Of a DNA stretch of 64,000 nucleotides, positions 10,666 to 20,849 are shown piece after piece (position 1 is the first letter of the stretch; each line of letters opens with the position of its first letter). Origin of the DNA: Okeania sp. SIO2G5 (lineage in GTDB: Bacteria > Cyanobacteriota > Cyanobacteriia > Cyanobacteriales > Microcoleaceae); assembly GCF_010672305.1 (NCBI RefSeq), contig NZ_JAAHGX010000014.1:26698-90697 (forward strand). The letters are read 5' to 3'. The translations under genes and the position numbers were made by a program. The notes beneath the pieces are model-generated. The model saw nothing but the letters and a program-made list of their open reading frames with translations. It searched no databases and was not told the origin of the DNA.

Positions 10666-11379
10666 ATGACAATTCCTTTAATGTACTACCCACTCTCTAG
10701 TCAAAACCATCGTGTTCAAAGATTTGATGTCCCTGGAGATGAATATCCTATACAATACACTTTAGAGAACCTGCCTACTGCTACAGAGATGGATGAGATT
10801 ATCTGGGCAGCCTATAGGCAAATTTTCAATGAGCAGCAAATTATCGCAGCTCATCGACAGGTTGCTCTGGAGTCTCAACTGCGCAATGGTCAGATCACAA
10901 TGAAAGATTTCATTCAAGGTTTGTTACTTTCTGAGTCATTCCGGCGACTGATCTATGATGGCAATAGTAACTATCGTTGTGTTGAGCTTTGTATTCAAAG
11001 GGTTTTAGGACGCCCTGTCTATAACAATCAAGAGAAACTTGCCTGGTCTATTGTATTGGCAACAAAAGGACTTCAGGGTTTTGTCAATGACCTGTTAAAT
11101 AGCGAAGAATATGACAAGCACTTTGGCTATAACTCTGTTCCCTACCAACGTTGCCGAATTTTACCTCAACGCACTCAGGGAGAGCTGCCTTTTGCTCGGA
11201 TGGCTCGTTATGACAGCTATTACCTAAAGCAGTTATATAAAACAGGGCAACTCAGAAAATATCCTCAAGGTGTGGTAGACCCCAGCGCTAATGTTTATCG
11301 CAAAGCTCTATTATTTGTGGGAATACTCTCTATAGCAGTGTTATTAGTGACTCTGACTCTAGTACTTTCGCCCAAATAA
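10666..11379 (+). CDS. phycobilisome rod-core linker CpcG family with C-terminal hydrophobic membrane anchor (CpcL/CpcG2-type)
   Basis: 237 aa. Carries the PBS-linker domain motifs AAYRQIFNEQQI…ESQLRNGQITMKDFIQGLLLSESFRRL…NYRCVELCIQRVLGRPVYNNQEKLAWSIVLATKGLQGFVNDLLNSEEY. The C-terminus LLFVGILSIAVLLVTLTLVLSPK is a predicted TM helix. Confidence 0.8.
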   Translation: MTIPLMYYPLSSQNHRVQRFDVPGDEYPIQYTLENLPTATEMDEIIWAAYRQIFNEQQIIAAHRQVALESQLRNGQITMKDFIQGLLLSESFRRLIYDGNSNYRCVELCIQRVLGRPVYNNQEKLAWSIVLATKGLQGFVNDLLNSEEYDKHFGYNSVPYQRCRILPQRTQGELPFARMARYDSYYLKQLYKTGQLRKYPQGVVDPSANVYRKALLFVGILSIAVLLVTLTLVLSPK

Positions 11380-11634
11380 TATCAATAATCGGGACTTACG
11401 CAAAAGATGAAATCATACACCATCTGTAGTGAAAAATTGTACTTAACCTCTACTATATGTGGTATTTATGCGTAAGTCCTGTAATAAATGTAACATTATG
11501 ACAAACATCACAAAAACTTACATATCTACTTCACTCGATCAACACCAAAAAATCACGGTTGGTTGTACCATTAATCACTACCAAATCAGGAAAAAGAGTG
11601 GATGATTAAAATATAGAATTTAAGATTAATCTTA

Positions 11635-11829
11635 ATGCTTCAAATTAACTTACTTCCCGGTGCAATCAACGAAATTATGGCTTCTGCTGCCAAAAGTGGC
11701 TTTCTCACAAAATTAGACTGCTATGGCCTCATGGCTGCTGTATTAGACGATTCTCTAAGCACAGAAGATCGTTCTACTGTTAAGCGACTTTCATATTTTG
11801 TACTCAGAGGATGGGTACGAGTAGAGTAG
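11635..11829 (+). CDS. small hypothetical ORF (64 aa); coding status uncertain
   Basis: Open frame MLQINLLPGAINEIMASAAKSGFLTKLDCYGLMAAVLDDSL… with no obvious Shine-Dalgarno sequence. No homolog recognised. Confidence 0.25.
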   Translation: MLQINLLPGAINEIMASAAKSGFLTKLDCYGLMAAVLDDSLSTEDRSTVKRLSYFVLRGWVRVE

Positions 11830-11920
11830 ACATAGAGTTGGCGATCGATACTTTGTTTAAATGTTATGCCTCAACAAATTCATCAGGAAATGCTTACCTT
11901 CTTCCTTCTTCCTTCTTTTC

Positions 11921-13594
11921 CTAAAACAAAAAAATCATCCGAATAATTCCCACAGTAATAGTTTCATTATCCTCGTCATGTTCGGGATTAATAACTACTA
12001 AAACTCCCGGATTAATTGAAATATTGTCATTAATTTGATAACGATAAAAACCCTCCAAATGCCAAGCTGTATCATCATCATCTGGACCATTATCAGTATC
12101 AGTTACTTTAGGTGGATTTCCAATTACAAAACCAAGCAAACTTCCCTGTTTACCTAAGTCAGTAAATCCGAAAGTAACCGCCCAATTAAAAATAGTTGCT
12201 TCATCTCCTTCCTTAACCATACCAACAGATTTTTCAGCATCAGCAAAACTCCATCCAGTCCAACCGGAAACTGTAAAATTATTCAAAGCACGCCAACTTC
12301 CTTGAATACCTAAATGATCTGCGGAAGTGGGAACTAAATTACCAAAAGGTGCATTTGCTCTTCTACTACCTGTTGCTGCTGAGACAAATAACTTCCTTTT
12401 TGGATAGTAAGAACGGACATAAGTAACGCCAAAACGGAGGCGATCGCTTGGTCGAATATCTAGTTGTGCTAAACCTGCATTACTACCATTAAAAAATCCA
12501 TTACTTTCGCTTGGGTTTTCCGGGTCTCTTGCTAAATATCCTAATGATAAAGTTACGGATTTATTAATATTATAAACAACTGTTACTCCAGCACCTCGTG
12601 CCCCTTGGGCATAGATAGGATTGAAGCGTCCAAACCTAGAAATTGCCCCTGATATTCTATTTGCAAAAAGTCTGTTGAAGTTATCAGAAACATTCATATT
12701 ATACCTACCGCCAATAGCGTCAATATGAACTCTAAATTTTTTCCCAATGGGAAAACGATAGAATAATTTCCCAATATCAACAGTATTATTAGTATTTCTT
12801 TGAAATGCTAAACGAGTCATATTTATTCCAGTTATTGGCACTCCATAGGCAACAGTATCCAGAGCATCCAAACGAGTTCTAAATAAGTCTCGTCCTGTAA
12901 AGCTAGTATTAAAATTCAAACTTACTCGATTATTTAAAACAGTATTATCTTCTAAACTACCACCCCCAGCTTTCTCTTCTCCAAAGACATTACTAATAGC
13001 AAATACAATTTCTCCACCTAGTTTAGTTGTGCTAGAAAACTGATTTGCTTCTAGTTCTGTAGTCCGTGCTTCTAGAGCATCTATTCTGCCTTGAATTTCT
13101 GCAAGTTCGACAGCAAAATCTTCTTGTAAACGTTGTAAAACTGCTAAATCATCTTTAGTTACTAAGTCTGCTGTAGAGGCAGCAATTAATTCGGTAATTC
13201 TGTCTAAACAAGCATTTAAACCTGCGGCAAATTCATAGCGAGTCATAGGACGATTACCACGATAACTACTATCGGGATAACCAACAATACAACCGTAACG
13301 TTCTACTAAAGATTGTAATGCTTGAAATGCCCAATCTGTGGGTTGAACATCTGATAATTGAGATACAGAAGTAACTTGACCCATTGAGTCTGTATTTTGC
13401 TCAAGTTGATTTGGTTTAACGATAATTGCATCTTTAGCAACCGGAGTTATATTTGGTTTTGATGATTCTTTTTCTAATGTTTTTATTTCAGAATTTATTT
13501 GTGTATATTTAATTTCATTTGCTTGAGTTACAGCACAAAATATTACGGTGTTACAGAATATTAAGAAAAGACAATTAAATAAAATTTTTGACAT
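11921..13594 (-). CDS. SLH-domain plus OprB-type (carbohydrate-selective/iron-stress) porin
   Basis: 557 aa. Signal peptide, then SLH motif (DVQPTDWAFQALQSLVERYGCIVGYPDSSYRGNRPMTRYEFAAGLNACLDRI), a coiled coil, and a C-terminal beta-barrel region ending in F. This is typical of cyanobacterial Slr1841/SomA-like porins. Confidence 0.8.
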   Translation of the reverse strand: MSKILFNCLFLIFCNTVIFCAVTQANEIKYTQINSEIKTLEKESSKPNITPVAKDAIIVKPNQLEQNTDSMGQVTSVSQLSDVQPTDWAFQALQSLVERYGCIVGYPDSSYRGNRPMTRYEFAAGLNACLDRITELIAASTADLVTKDDLAVLQRLQEDFAVELAEIQGRIDALEARTTELEANQFSSTTKLGGEIVFAISNVFGEEKAGGGSLEDNTVLNNRVSLNFNTSFTGRDLFRTRLDALDTVAYGVPITGINMTRLAFQRNTNNTVDIGKLFYRFPIGKKFRVHIDAIGGRYNMNVSDNFNRLFANRISGAISRFGRFNPIYAQGARGAGVTVVYNINKSVTLSLGYLARDPENPSESNGFFNGSNAGLAQLDIRPSDRLRFGVTYVRSYYPKRKLFVSAATGSRRANAPFGNLVPTSADHLGIQGSWRALNNFTVSGWTGWSFADAEKSVGMVKEGDEATIFNWAVTFGFTDLGKQGSLLGFVIGNPPKVTDTDNGPDDDDTAWHLEGFYRYQINDNISINPGVLVVINPEHDEDNETITVGIIRMIFLF

Positions 13595-13835
13595 ATTTAA
13601 CTCCTTTTTAACTCCTTAAAAAAATTAAATTTATTACTAATAAAATTCTCAAATATATACCACATAGGGATTTCTATTTCGACGCTTACGGAAATGGAGA
13701 GTATGATTACCAAACCCCTAGATAAAACTGTGTTTTAATTTTTATTCTGTTAAAATAGAAGTAATTATTCATTACTAATTGCTGATAGCTGACTGCTAAT
13801 AGCTGTTTGCGCAACATTCCGCAGGAAATGCTTAC

Positions 13836-14110
13836 CCATAATAAAATTCATCATCGGGCAAACTTCCAGCAAAAAGTTTAGGATTTTGCTCCAATAAACG
13901 AGAATACCAAAACTCTAAATCCTCTTTTGCATCCTTAGCACTGACCATTTCTAATGGCGTATATCCCAGAGATTTTTTAATAACAGGAGCTTTCAAACCT
14001 AGATATTTTGCTCCCAAAGCAGCAGCATCATCAGGATTTTTTTGAGACCAATTTACCGCTTCAACTAATCCATTTTGAACAGTCTGAATTATATCGGGAT
14101 ATTGATCGAT
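13836..14110 (-). pseudogene. C-terminal fragment (about 90 aa) of a NitT/TauT-family ABC substrate-binding protein
   Basis: …DQYPDIIQTVQNGLVEAVNWSQKNPDDAAALGAKYLGLKAPVIKKSLGYTPLEMVSAKDAKEDLEFWYSRLLEQNPKLFAG…. A stop codon lies immediately upstream in frame. The fragment overlaps the start of the opposite-strand chrA fragment. Confidence 0.5.
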
Positions 14111-14851
14111 TTTGTGATACCAGCATCAATCTTGGGATTAAATAACATAATTGTTATTCTTCTTGGGGGATTTTTGGGTATGTTTTGGCTTCATTTTTAT
14201 CGGGAATTTACCACTGAAACTCCGGCAAATAGACCTTCGGAAAATTCTAGAATTAGATTACCAAAAACACTGATAATCTTATTGATACTCCTGGGAGTAT
14301 TTTTATTAATTGATATCCTGACAACATCCGAGATTTCTCTATGGAAACTTAGTAGTTTTTGCCTCAAGGTAGGCAGTTTATTATATGGCAGTGGTTATGT
14401 ATTAATTGCCTTCCTACAAGATTTAGTAGATCAGTTTCATTGGTTAACTCAACAACAATTGTTGGATGCTATTGCTATCGGACAAATCACACCAGGACCT
14501 TTGATTTCTAGCGTCACTTTTATCGGTTATTTATTATTAGGATTACCAGGAGCAATAGTGGGGACAATTTCAATTTTATTACCTGCATTTTTGTTTAGTG
14601 CTGCACTCAATTCTTTGGTGCCACAAATGCGTAATTTTCGGTGGACTTGTGAATTACTTGATGCGATTAATGTTACTTCTATTGCTTTGATGGCATCTGC
14701 TTTTCTGACATTATCTAGATCGACACTTATTAATTGGCAAACTTTGTTGATTGCTCTATTTGCTTGTCTGATAAATTTTCGTTGGAAACTAAATATTATT
14801 TTGATGATTTTTTTAGGTGCTATTTCTGGTTGGATACTGTTCAGATTTTAA
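14075..14851 (+). CDS. ChrA-family (chromate transporter) protein, single half-domain; probably a truncated remnant of a two-domain ChrA
   Basis: 258 aa. …LKVGSLLYGSGYVLIAFLQDLVDQFHWLTQQQLLDAIAIGQITPGPLISSVTFIGYLLLGLPGAIVGTISILLPAFL matches the conserved ChrA repeat unit. Confidence 0.6.
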   Translation: MNSLNYIGILIDFVIPASILGLNNIIVILLGGFLGMFWLHFYREFTTETPANRPSENSRIRLPKTLIILLILLGVFLLIDILTTSEISLWKLSSFCLKVGSLLYGSGYVLIAFLQDLVDQFHWLTQQQLLDAIAIGQITPGPLISSVTFIGYLLLGLPGAIVGTISILLPAFLFSAALNSLVPQMRNFRWTCELLDAINVTSIALMASAFLTLSRSTLINWQTLLIALFACLINFRWKLNIILMIFLGAISGWILFRF

Positions 14852-15199
14852 TTGTTAAAAAGCGTTCAGCAATTCAGCAATCAGCGGTCAGCTTTGTCCT
14901 AAGGGGATTAAACCCAAGCTTTTCCGTTCAGGAATGCTCCGCAAACAGATACCATTATCTATGCACACATTTTTAGACTTATAGCTGATAGCTAATAGCT
15001 TATAGCTAGTTAACTTTAAATAGGTAGTACCGAAAATCTATGAAAATAAAGCAAGAATAATAAAGAAAACTCTAAATAAAATTGCCACAAAGAATTCTCT
15101 TTAGAAATACTGAAATTATCTTTACTTTTGTTTCTTCCTTCTTCCTTCTTCCTTCTTTCTTCCCTCCTGACTCCTGTCTCCTGTCTCCTGACTCCTTCT

Positions 15200-16000
15200 T
15201 TACTTATTTTTTTCACCATGATGCCAAGGTTCTAAAAATCTGCGCATGGGGCGAATAACTAAATATTCAGATATCAAAATTAATACCACCGTCACAACCA
15301 CCCATGCCATTACTTCCGCTGTATCAAGATTAATTCTAGCTAGATTCATTTCTGCACCAATACCTGTTTCTGATGATAATAACTCAGACATTATTGCTAC
15401 TCGCCAAGCTAATCCTAATCCAGATGCTATTGAAGGAAATAAACTTGATAATAAATGTGGATAATATAAGTCTAATAATAAATTTTTGATAGGAATTTTC
15501 AAAGTAAAAGCCATTTCTATTAGCTGTAAATTGATATTTCTCACACCTTCCACAGCACCAATAAAAATAATTGGTAAAGTAGCAACAGCAACGGTAAATA
15601 TTGAAGTAGAATTACCAGTGCCAAACCAAAGTAATGCAATAACAATCCAAGCAATAGGTGGTACTCCTTGCAAAGCAGTAATCAGAGGTCTGACCGCTCG
15701 ACTAATCAAAGGTTTTATACCAGCTATTATTCCGAGGAAACTGCCACTTAATGTTGCTATTGTGAAACCACTAATTGCATTTAAATTAGTAGTTAAAATA
15801 GCCAAAGTTAATTTATTTGCCGTTGCCAAATTTTTCAGAGCAACTAGAGTTTCTAGGGGAGAAGGTAGAATAATTGAACTATAGTGCATTGCTAGTATTT
15901 GCCATATAGTTAGAAATCCTAGAAAACCGATTAATTCAGGTAAAATAACTTGAATTAGTTTGAATATATTTTTATCAAATTTATCAGATTGAATCATCAA
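15200..16000 (-). CDS. ABC transporter permease, NitT/TauT (SsuC/TauC/NrtB-like) family
   Basis: 266 aa, 6 TM helices. Binding-protein-dependent transport signature …LGLAWRVAIMSELLSSETGIGAEM…. Confidence 0.8.
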   Translation of the reverse strand: MMIQSDKFDKNIFKLIQVILPELIGFLGFLTIWQILAMHYSSIILPSPLETLVALKNLATANKLTLAILTTNLNAISGFTIATLSGSFLGIIAGIKPLISRAVRPLITALQGVPPIAWIVIALLWFGTGNSTSIFTVAVATLPIIFIGAVEGVRNINLQLIEMAFTLKIPIKNLLLDLYYPHLLSSLFPSIASGLGLAWRVAIMSELLSSETGIGAEMNLARINLDTAEVMAWVVVTVVLILISEYLVIRPMRRFLEPWHHGEKNK

Positions 16001-16084
16001 CTTGACTATGTTATTTTCAACTTGAATATAATCTTGACAGGATTTATCGCAGAAGGAAGAAGGAAGTCAGAGTAATATAATATC

Positions 16085-16235
16085 ATGTCCGCTGGTATCG
16101 TTTGTGTAAACCCAAGGGTGAATATTTACAGGAAATTTAGGTTTTTTCAAGCTTTTAAGCCTTCTTCCTTCTTCCCTCTTCCTTCTTCCTTACCTTCGCG
16201 TTTACAATACCGATGCTACCGGACATGATATAATT
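16085..16235. mobile_element. MITE-like element (about 150 bp) with roughly 32-bp terminal inverted repeats TATCATGTCCGGTAGCATCGGTATTGTAAAC and an internal GGAAGAA-type heptamer tract
   Basis: Left end AATATAATATCATGTCCGCTGGTATCGTTTGTGTAAAC is the reverse complement of right end GTTTACAATACCGATGCTACCGGACATGATATAAT. A second copy lies at 24135-24300. The end motif GGACATGATATAA also recurs at about 5497, 26041 and 37019. Confidence 0.5.
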
Positions 16236-16436
16236 CGTTTGATCATCATACAATGCGTAGGGGCGAATGGCCATTTGCGCTCCGCAAAGCTCCGAATGGC
16301 GCCCCTACAATATAGACTCTTAATCTTAAACAATGCTGAATAACACTGATGCGATCATATTTGAGATCAAACCCTTGTAGGAATGTTCCATGGAACGCCC
16401 CTACATTCTTTTTCGGAAGGAAAGCAAGTTAAAAAC

Positions 16437-17924
16437 CTACGAAGCACTTCCAATTACAATATCGCGCACCCGCACAGGTACACAACTATGAGTCATTTGA
16501 GCTAGCTGCATCGGTTCCCCTTTCCCACAAATATTAGTACCGCACTGCTCCCATTCTGCAGCACTTCCCACCGCATCAACACTATTCCAAAAATCTGTAG
16601 TCATCGAATGATAAGTCACATCTTTCAACATTCCCACAACTTTGCCTTTTTTCACCTGCCAAAAAGCATCTCCACCAAATTGAAAATTCCGTCGCTGTTG
16701 GTCAATAGAAAAACTACCAACACCATCAATTAAAATCCCATCTTCAGTATCCGCAATCATTTCGTCTAAAGTAGCAGTATGACTACCACCATCTGCACCC
16801 GCTTCTAACCCCAAATTCGGAATGCGCACCATCGGTACACTCGACCAACTGTCAGCAAAAGCACAACCATTACTACTACCACGTCCAAGTCGATAAGCTG
16901 TTTCTCGGTCTGTGAGATAATCAACCAATACCCCATCCTTAACAACATACCATTCTTGTGACTTCACACCCTCATCATCATATCCCATGGTGCTACGACC
17001 CCCTGGTTGAGTGCGATCGCATTTAAAATTCACCCAGGGAGCAGCATATTGAAGTTTACCCATTTTATCGGTAGTGGCAAAACTGGTACCAGCAAAATTA
17101 GATTCATAACCATAAACCCTATCTAATTCGGTGGGGTGTCCAACAGATTCGTGGATGGTTAAAAATAGATTCGTTGGCTTTAAAATTAGAGTGGAGCGAA
17201 TATCCGCAGGTCCTTTGGGAGCATAAACTTTTTCAATTGCTTCTTCAGCAACCCGTTCTACTTGACTCAATAGATCGGTGGGGTTAATATGCTCATAACC
17301 AATATTCAAAGGAGGTCGTTCGTAACTGCGACTTTGAGCATCATTATTGGCAATAGCTGTACAAGTAAACCCAGGATAACTGCGGTAAATTGTTTGCTCA
17401 ATTAAGGAATCATTAGTAGAAGCAAATATTTTCTCTTCTTTAGTAAAGCGGAGAAAAGAAGCAGCTTTTTTCACTCCTCGCTCCTCATAACTCAATAATT
17501 TCTCATTCAAATTTAGAAGTAATTCTGCCTTTTCGCCAATAGGTACTGCAAAAGGATCAATTTCAATCGGAGTAACATAACTATCGCGGTAGCTTTCCAC
17601 AGGTACTAACTTTACTGGTGTCTGTTGACAGAGACGACTACCCTTAGCAATATCTACTGCTAGAGCAACAACTCTAGCTACCTCTTCTACACTTTGGCGA
17701 TGACTGGCAGCAAAACCCCATGCACCATTGAGCAAAACTCTCACCCCAAAACCAGAATTGACCTTATCTTCTAATCTGTTGAGAGAGCGATCGCGAGCTG
17801 TTAAATTTTGGGAGCGATAAATACATAAACGAATATCTCCATATTCACATCCGGACTGACGAATTAAGTCTATTGCGAAGGTAGCTAATTCTGTAGTTTG
17901 AATCTTTGCTGGTGCTTGTACCAT
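16437..17924 (-). CDS. tldD: TldD/PmbA-family metallopeptidase
   Basis: 495 aa. …HESVGHPTELDRVYGYE…GGDAFWQVKKGKVVGMLKD… are hallmarks of the TldD/PmbA family. Confidence 0.85.
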   Translation of the reverse strand: MVQAPAKIQTTELATFAIDLIRQSGCEYGDIRLCIYRSQNLTARDRSLNRLEDKVNSGFGVRVLLNGAWGFAASHRQSVEEVARVVALAVDIAKGSRLCQQTPVKLVPVESYRDSYVTPIEIDPFAVPIGEKAELLLNLNEKLLSYEERGVKKAASFLRFTKEEKIFASTNDSLIEQTIYRSYPGFTCTAIANNDAQSRSYERPPLNIGYEHINPTDLLSQVERVAEEAIEKVYAPKGPADIRSTLILKPTNLFLTIHESVGHPTELDRVYGYESNFAGTSFATTDKMGKLQYAAPWVNFKCDRTQPGGRSTMGYDDEGVKSQEWYVVKDGVLVDYLTDRETAYRLGRGSSNGCAFADSWSSVPMVRIPNLGLEAGADGGSHTATLDEMIADTEDGILIDGVGSFSIDQQRRNFQFGGDAFWQVKKGKVVGMLKDVTYHSMTTDFWNSVDAVGSAAEWEQCGTNICGKGEPMQLAQMTHSCVPVRVRDIVIGSAS

Positions 17925-18307
17925 TCTATGTTAATCTGAATTTTATCTAATTTATTTTATATAATGCACCATTTTTGTCCAAAATTTTAGTTTGTAGTTG
18001 GGCTTTAGCCCAAGCAATACTTATTACCATTTCTCACGCAAGAATGCTATATCTGATTGGGTGAGAAAGTATGGGAGGTGTAGGGAGAGGAAAAGAAAGA
18101 AAAATCTATACTAACCAACTAAATAATTGTCAAAAACAAACTTTTAATCTTGGTAACTATTTAACTGTTGAAGTGTAGCATTAATGCATGGTAATTGGTA
18201 TCATATGAGGGCTAAAGCCCAACTACGAGCGTGATTATAACTTTTCTACCGAACATCATATTCATCAAAAATGGTTGTAGATTTGAGAGAATCCTGAGGA
18301 ATTAGCT

Positions 18308-19780
18308 ATGCCCAATCAATATTCATCTCCAAAAAATCTGTTAAAATCAAAGTTTTTATTAAAATTTATTGGATTAGTAGGAACACTGGTAATTAATTGG
18401 AGTTTTACTCGGCCAGTTTTTGCCGCCTTCTTAACAAACTGGTTTTTTGACCCAGACAATAATCAACTTCAGTTTACTCTCCCATCAGGTACCGCTCCTA
18501 GTTTTTCTTTGGAAAATCAACCAGCTCGTCTAATTGTATACATTCCTAATACTGAGGTTAGTGTAGATGTGACTGAGTTATATCCGGCAGGTTTGGTGCG
18601 CCGAGTTAGTCTTTCTCAAGAGCAACCAGAACAAGCAAAAGTTATTATAGATTTTGCTCCTGAAGTGGTTATTTCTACCAAACAAGTACAATTAGAACAG
18701 GTAGAACCACAGGAAAATAGTTGGCAGTTAAGTTTGCTTGTGACTGAGGGGGAATTTTCGGGGACACCAGAAGCAATAATTTCAGATCGACAGCCAACTG
18801 AGCCAGAAATTACTGAAGTTGAAAATTATCAAACTACCAACCAACAGCTAACTGAGCCAGAAACTACTGAATTAGAAAATTCTCAAATTACCGAAGAAGA
18901 AGAAAATAATCAAACTTCTACTCAACCAAAGCAAGATAGTGTCGGTTTGTTAGACACTGCTCCTGAAGAGGAATCTCCTTTACCGAACCCAGGCCCTTCT
19001 GCGGAGCCTTCCGTACCATTTCTGGTTATTCCCACTGACAGGCCAGGTAGATTTAGATCTCCAATAGTAGATGCTTTTGATAATGAAAAGCCGGAAACCG
19101 AAAATTCTCAGGTTGTAGAAACACCCACACTTCAGACTAGAGAGGAAGAAGAGACCGCTATTTCACTTCCTCCAGAGTACAGAGAAAAACCGAAATACAA
19201 TACAACAGAATCAGTAGGTGTAATTACTTTTGGAGAACCTTTGCCTGGTTCATCGGGGCAAAAACAATCTGAAGATGATTTTGCCGTATTAATTGAGGAA
19301 GGAGAAGTTATAAGTTTAATTTATCCCTCTCAAGAAGTTACATTACCACGAGATATTGAAATACAGGAAGTTTTGCTGCTCAAAGAGGCGATCGTTGACG
19401 AATCTGGTAGAGTTATAGTACCAGCTAGAACACCTGTAGTTGGTGGTTTTGATACTACCACTCATGGAAGTAAATTTATTGCCAGGGCTATATATTTAGA
19501 TGAGCGCTTAATTCCTTTTTCTGCTGAATCAGAATTACTTCGAGGCCATCGTAATATAAATGAAAAAGTTTTGGCTGCCAGTAGCGCTGGTGGGGGGTTA
19601 GGATTATTACTACTGACGGGTTCAGGTTTTGGTTTTCTGGCAGGAGCTGCTCTTGGTGCTGGTAGTGTTGTTCTTACTTCTCCTCGTTCTGTGACCCTAG
19701 AAGGCAATAATATCATAGAAGTTCGTGTAGTTGAGGATTTACCTAGTGCTAGGTTTTACGAAGATATTAGCAATTTTTAG
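18308..19780 (+). CDS. AMIN-domain protein with a Pro/Glu/Thr-rich linker and a C-terminal TrbI/VirB10-like domain
   Basis: N-terminal TM helix then AMIN-like LTNWFFDPDNNQLQFTLPSGTAPSFSLENQPARLIVYIPNTEV. Acidic repetitive linker. C-terminal …GRVIVPARTPVVGGFDTTTHGSKFIARAIYLDERLIPFSAESELLRGHRN… resembles the TrbI beta-barrel region. Confidence 0.6.
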   Translation: MPNQYSSPKNLLKSKFLLKFIGLVGTLVINWSFTRPVFAAFLTNWFFDPDNNQLQFTLPSGTAPSFSLENQPARLIVYIPNTEVSVDVTELYPAGLVRRVSLSQEQPEQAKVIIDFAPEVVISTKQVQLEQVEPQENSWQLSLLVTEGEFSGTPEAIISDRQPTEPEITEVENYQTTNQQLTEPETTELENSQITEEEENNQTSTQPKQDSVGLLDTAPEEESPLPNPGPSAEPSVPFLVIPTDRPGRFRSPIVDAFDNEKPETENSQVVETPTLQTREEEETAISLPPEYREKPKYNTTESVGVITFGEPLPGSSGQKQSEDDFAVLIEEGEVISLIYPSQEVTLPRDIEIQEVLLLKEAIVDESGRVIVPARTPVVGGFDTTTHGSKFIARAIYLDERLIPFSAESELLRGHRNINEKVLAASSAGGGLGLLLLTGSGFGFLAGAALGAGSVVLTSPRSVTLEGNNIIEVRVVEDLPSARFYEDISNF

Positions 19781-19827
19781 AGGTAGAGATATTTTCTACT
19801 CCCTACTCCCTGGTATAGTTAAATCAA

Positions 19828-20337
19828 CTAGAAGTTATTTTCAGGTGCATTCCCCCCAGGTCCTAACTGACCGGGCAAGAAAAGGTTTTGAGCACTATCG
19901 TTTTGATAGATACAATTAATCTCTGGATCGTCATTAATATTTCCTGTATAACCAAAGGTATTCATCCGATTTTTACAATCACGTACTTGCTCATTGTTGA
20001 CTAAGTTTCTTTTCTCTAGAATTGACCAGTTATTTCTGCGGATGACACATCCTGGTTTTATATTTGGTTGAGATACATATACATTAAAAGGATTGAGAGT
20101 CAAGAAAACTCTCATATTCATTACCATAGCACTAGCTCCAAACTGTACACAAAGTTCTGGATTTGGTACACTGCGGTCGATAAATTCACGAGAGGCCACA
20201 TTTTGGGGAGTAAAGTTAGCGGTAGAGCTAAAGGCAATGCCAATGCCAATACCTAAAACAAATACTCCTCCTAAAATTGCTATAGTGGCATAGTTGAATC
20301 TAGATGGTTGGGTGGTAGTTTGAGGTCTACGTTTCAT
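19828..20337 (-). CDS. conserved hypothetical membrane-anchored protein (DUF3172-like?)
   Basis: 169 aa. N-terminal basic segment plus a TM helix (ATIAILGGVFVLGIGIGIAF). No catalytic motif recognised. Confidence 0.45.
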   Translation of the reverse strand: MKRRPQTTTQPSRFNYATIAILGGVFVLGIGIGIAFSSTANFTPQNVASREFIDRSVPNPELCVQFGASAMVMNMRVFLTLNPFNVYVSQPNIKPGCVIRRNNWSILEKRNLVNNEQVRDCKNRMNTFGYTGNINDDPEINCIYQNDSAQNLFLPGQLGPGGNAPENNF

Positions 20338-20849
20338 ATAAATAAAAGTTAAGTTATGGAGCTTAGGCTATAAACTAATAGTGGACGAGCTAAATTTAGA
20401 TTTTTACTTTCCTAGTTTGACAAGCAAGTATGTATAATTTTACCAGGTAGATTATTTGTCCTTAAGTAAGCATAAATAACCATCAGTAAATTACCTAATT
20501 TGGAAATTTTTTGATTAATACTATCATAATTCTCAAATTAGAACGATTAAGTCAAAATTTAAAAGTCAAAAGTCAGATAACCCCCTAGTTGAGCAATGTT
20601 AAGTTTTATGTTATAATATTTCCAATATATGCTCATAATTTTTGAGTGTAGGCCAAAATATATATCAAATAATATTTAGCTATATGTTTGTTTTCGGGTA
20701 AGTTCTAATGAGTTAGCATTCCTGAAAGGTAAAATATTTGGCAAATATTATTGAACAGAGTTAAGTATTTCTACTTTATGTCTAGCCTAAGCATTGGTCT
20801 AGACTAATGTGTCTATGTCGTATTAGAATTTTTTAATCAGGATAGAGTA

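Noticed and set aside
20410-20440. TTGACA … TATAAT pair upstream of clpS as a sigma-70 promoter
   Set aside because: The spacer between the hexamers is only about 10 nt and the pair lies about 400 bp from the start codon, so it is not a credible promoter.
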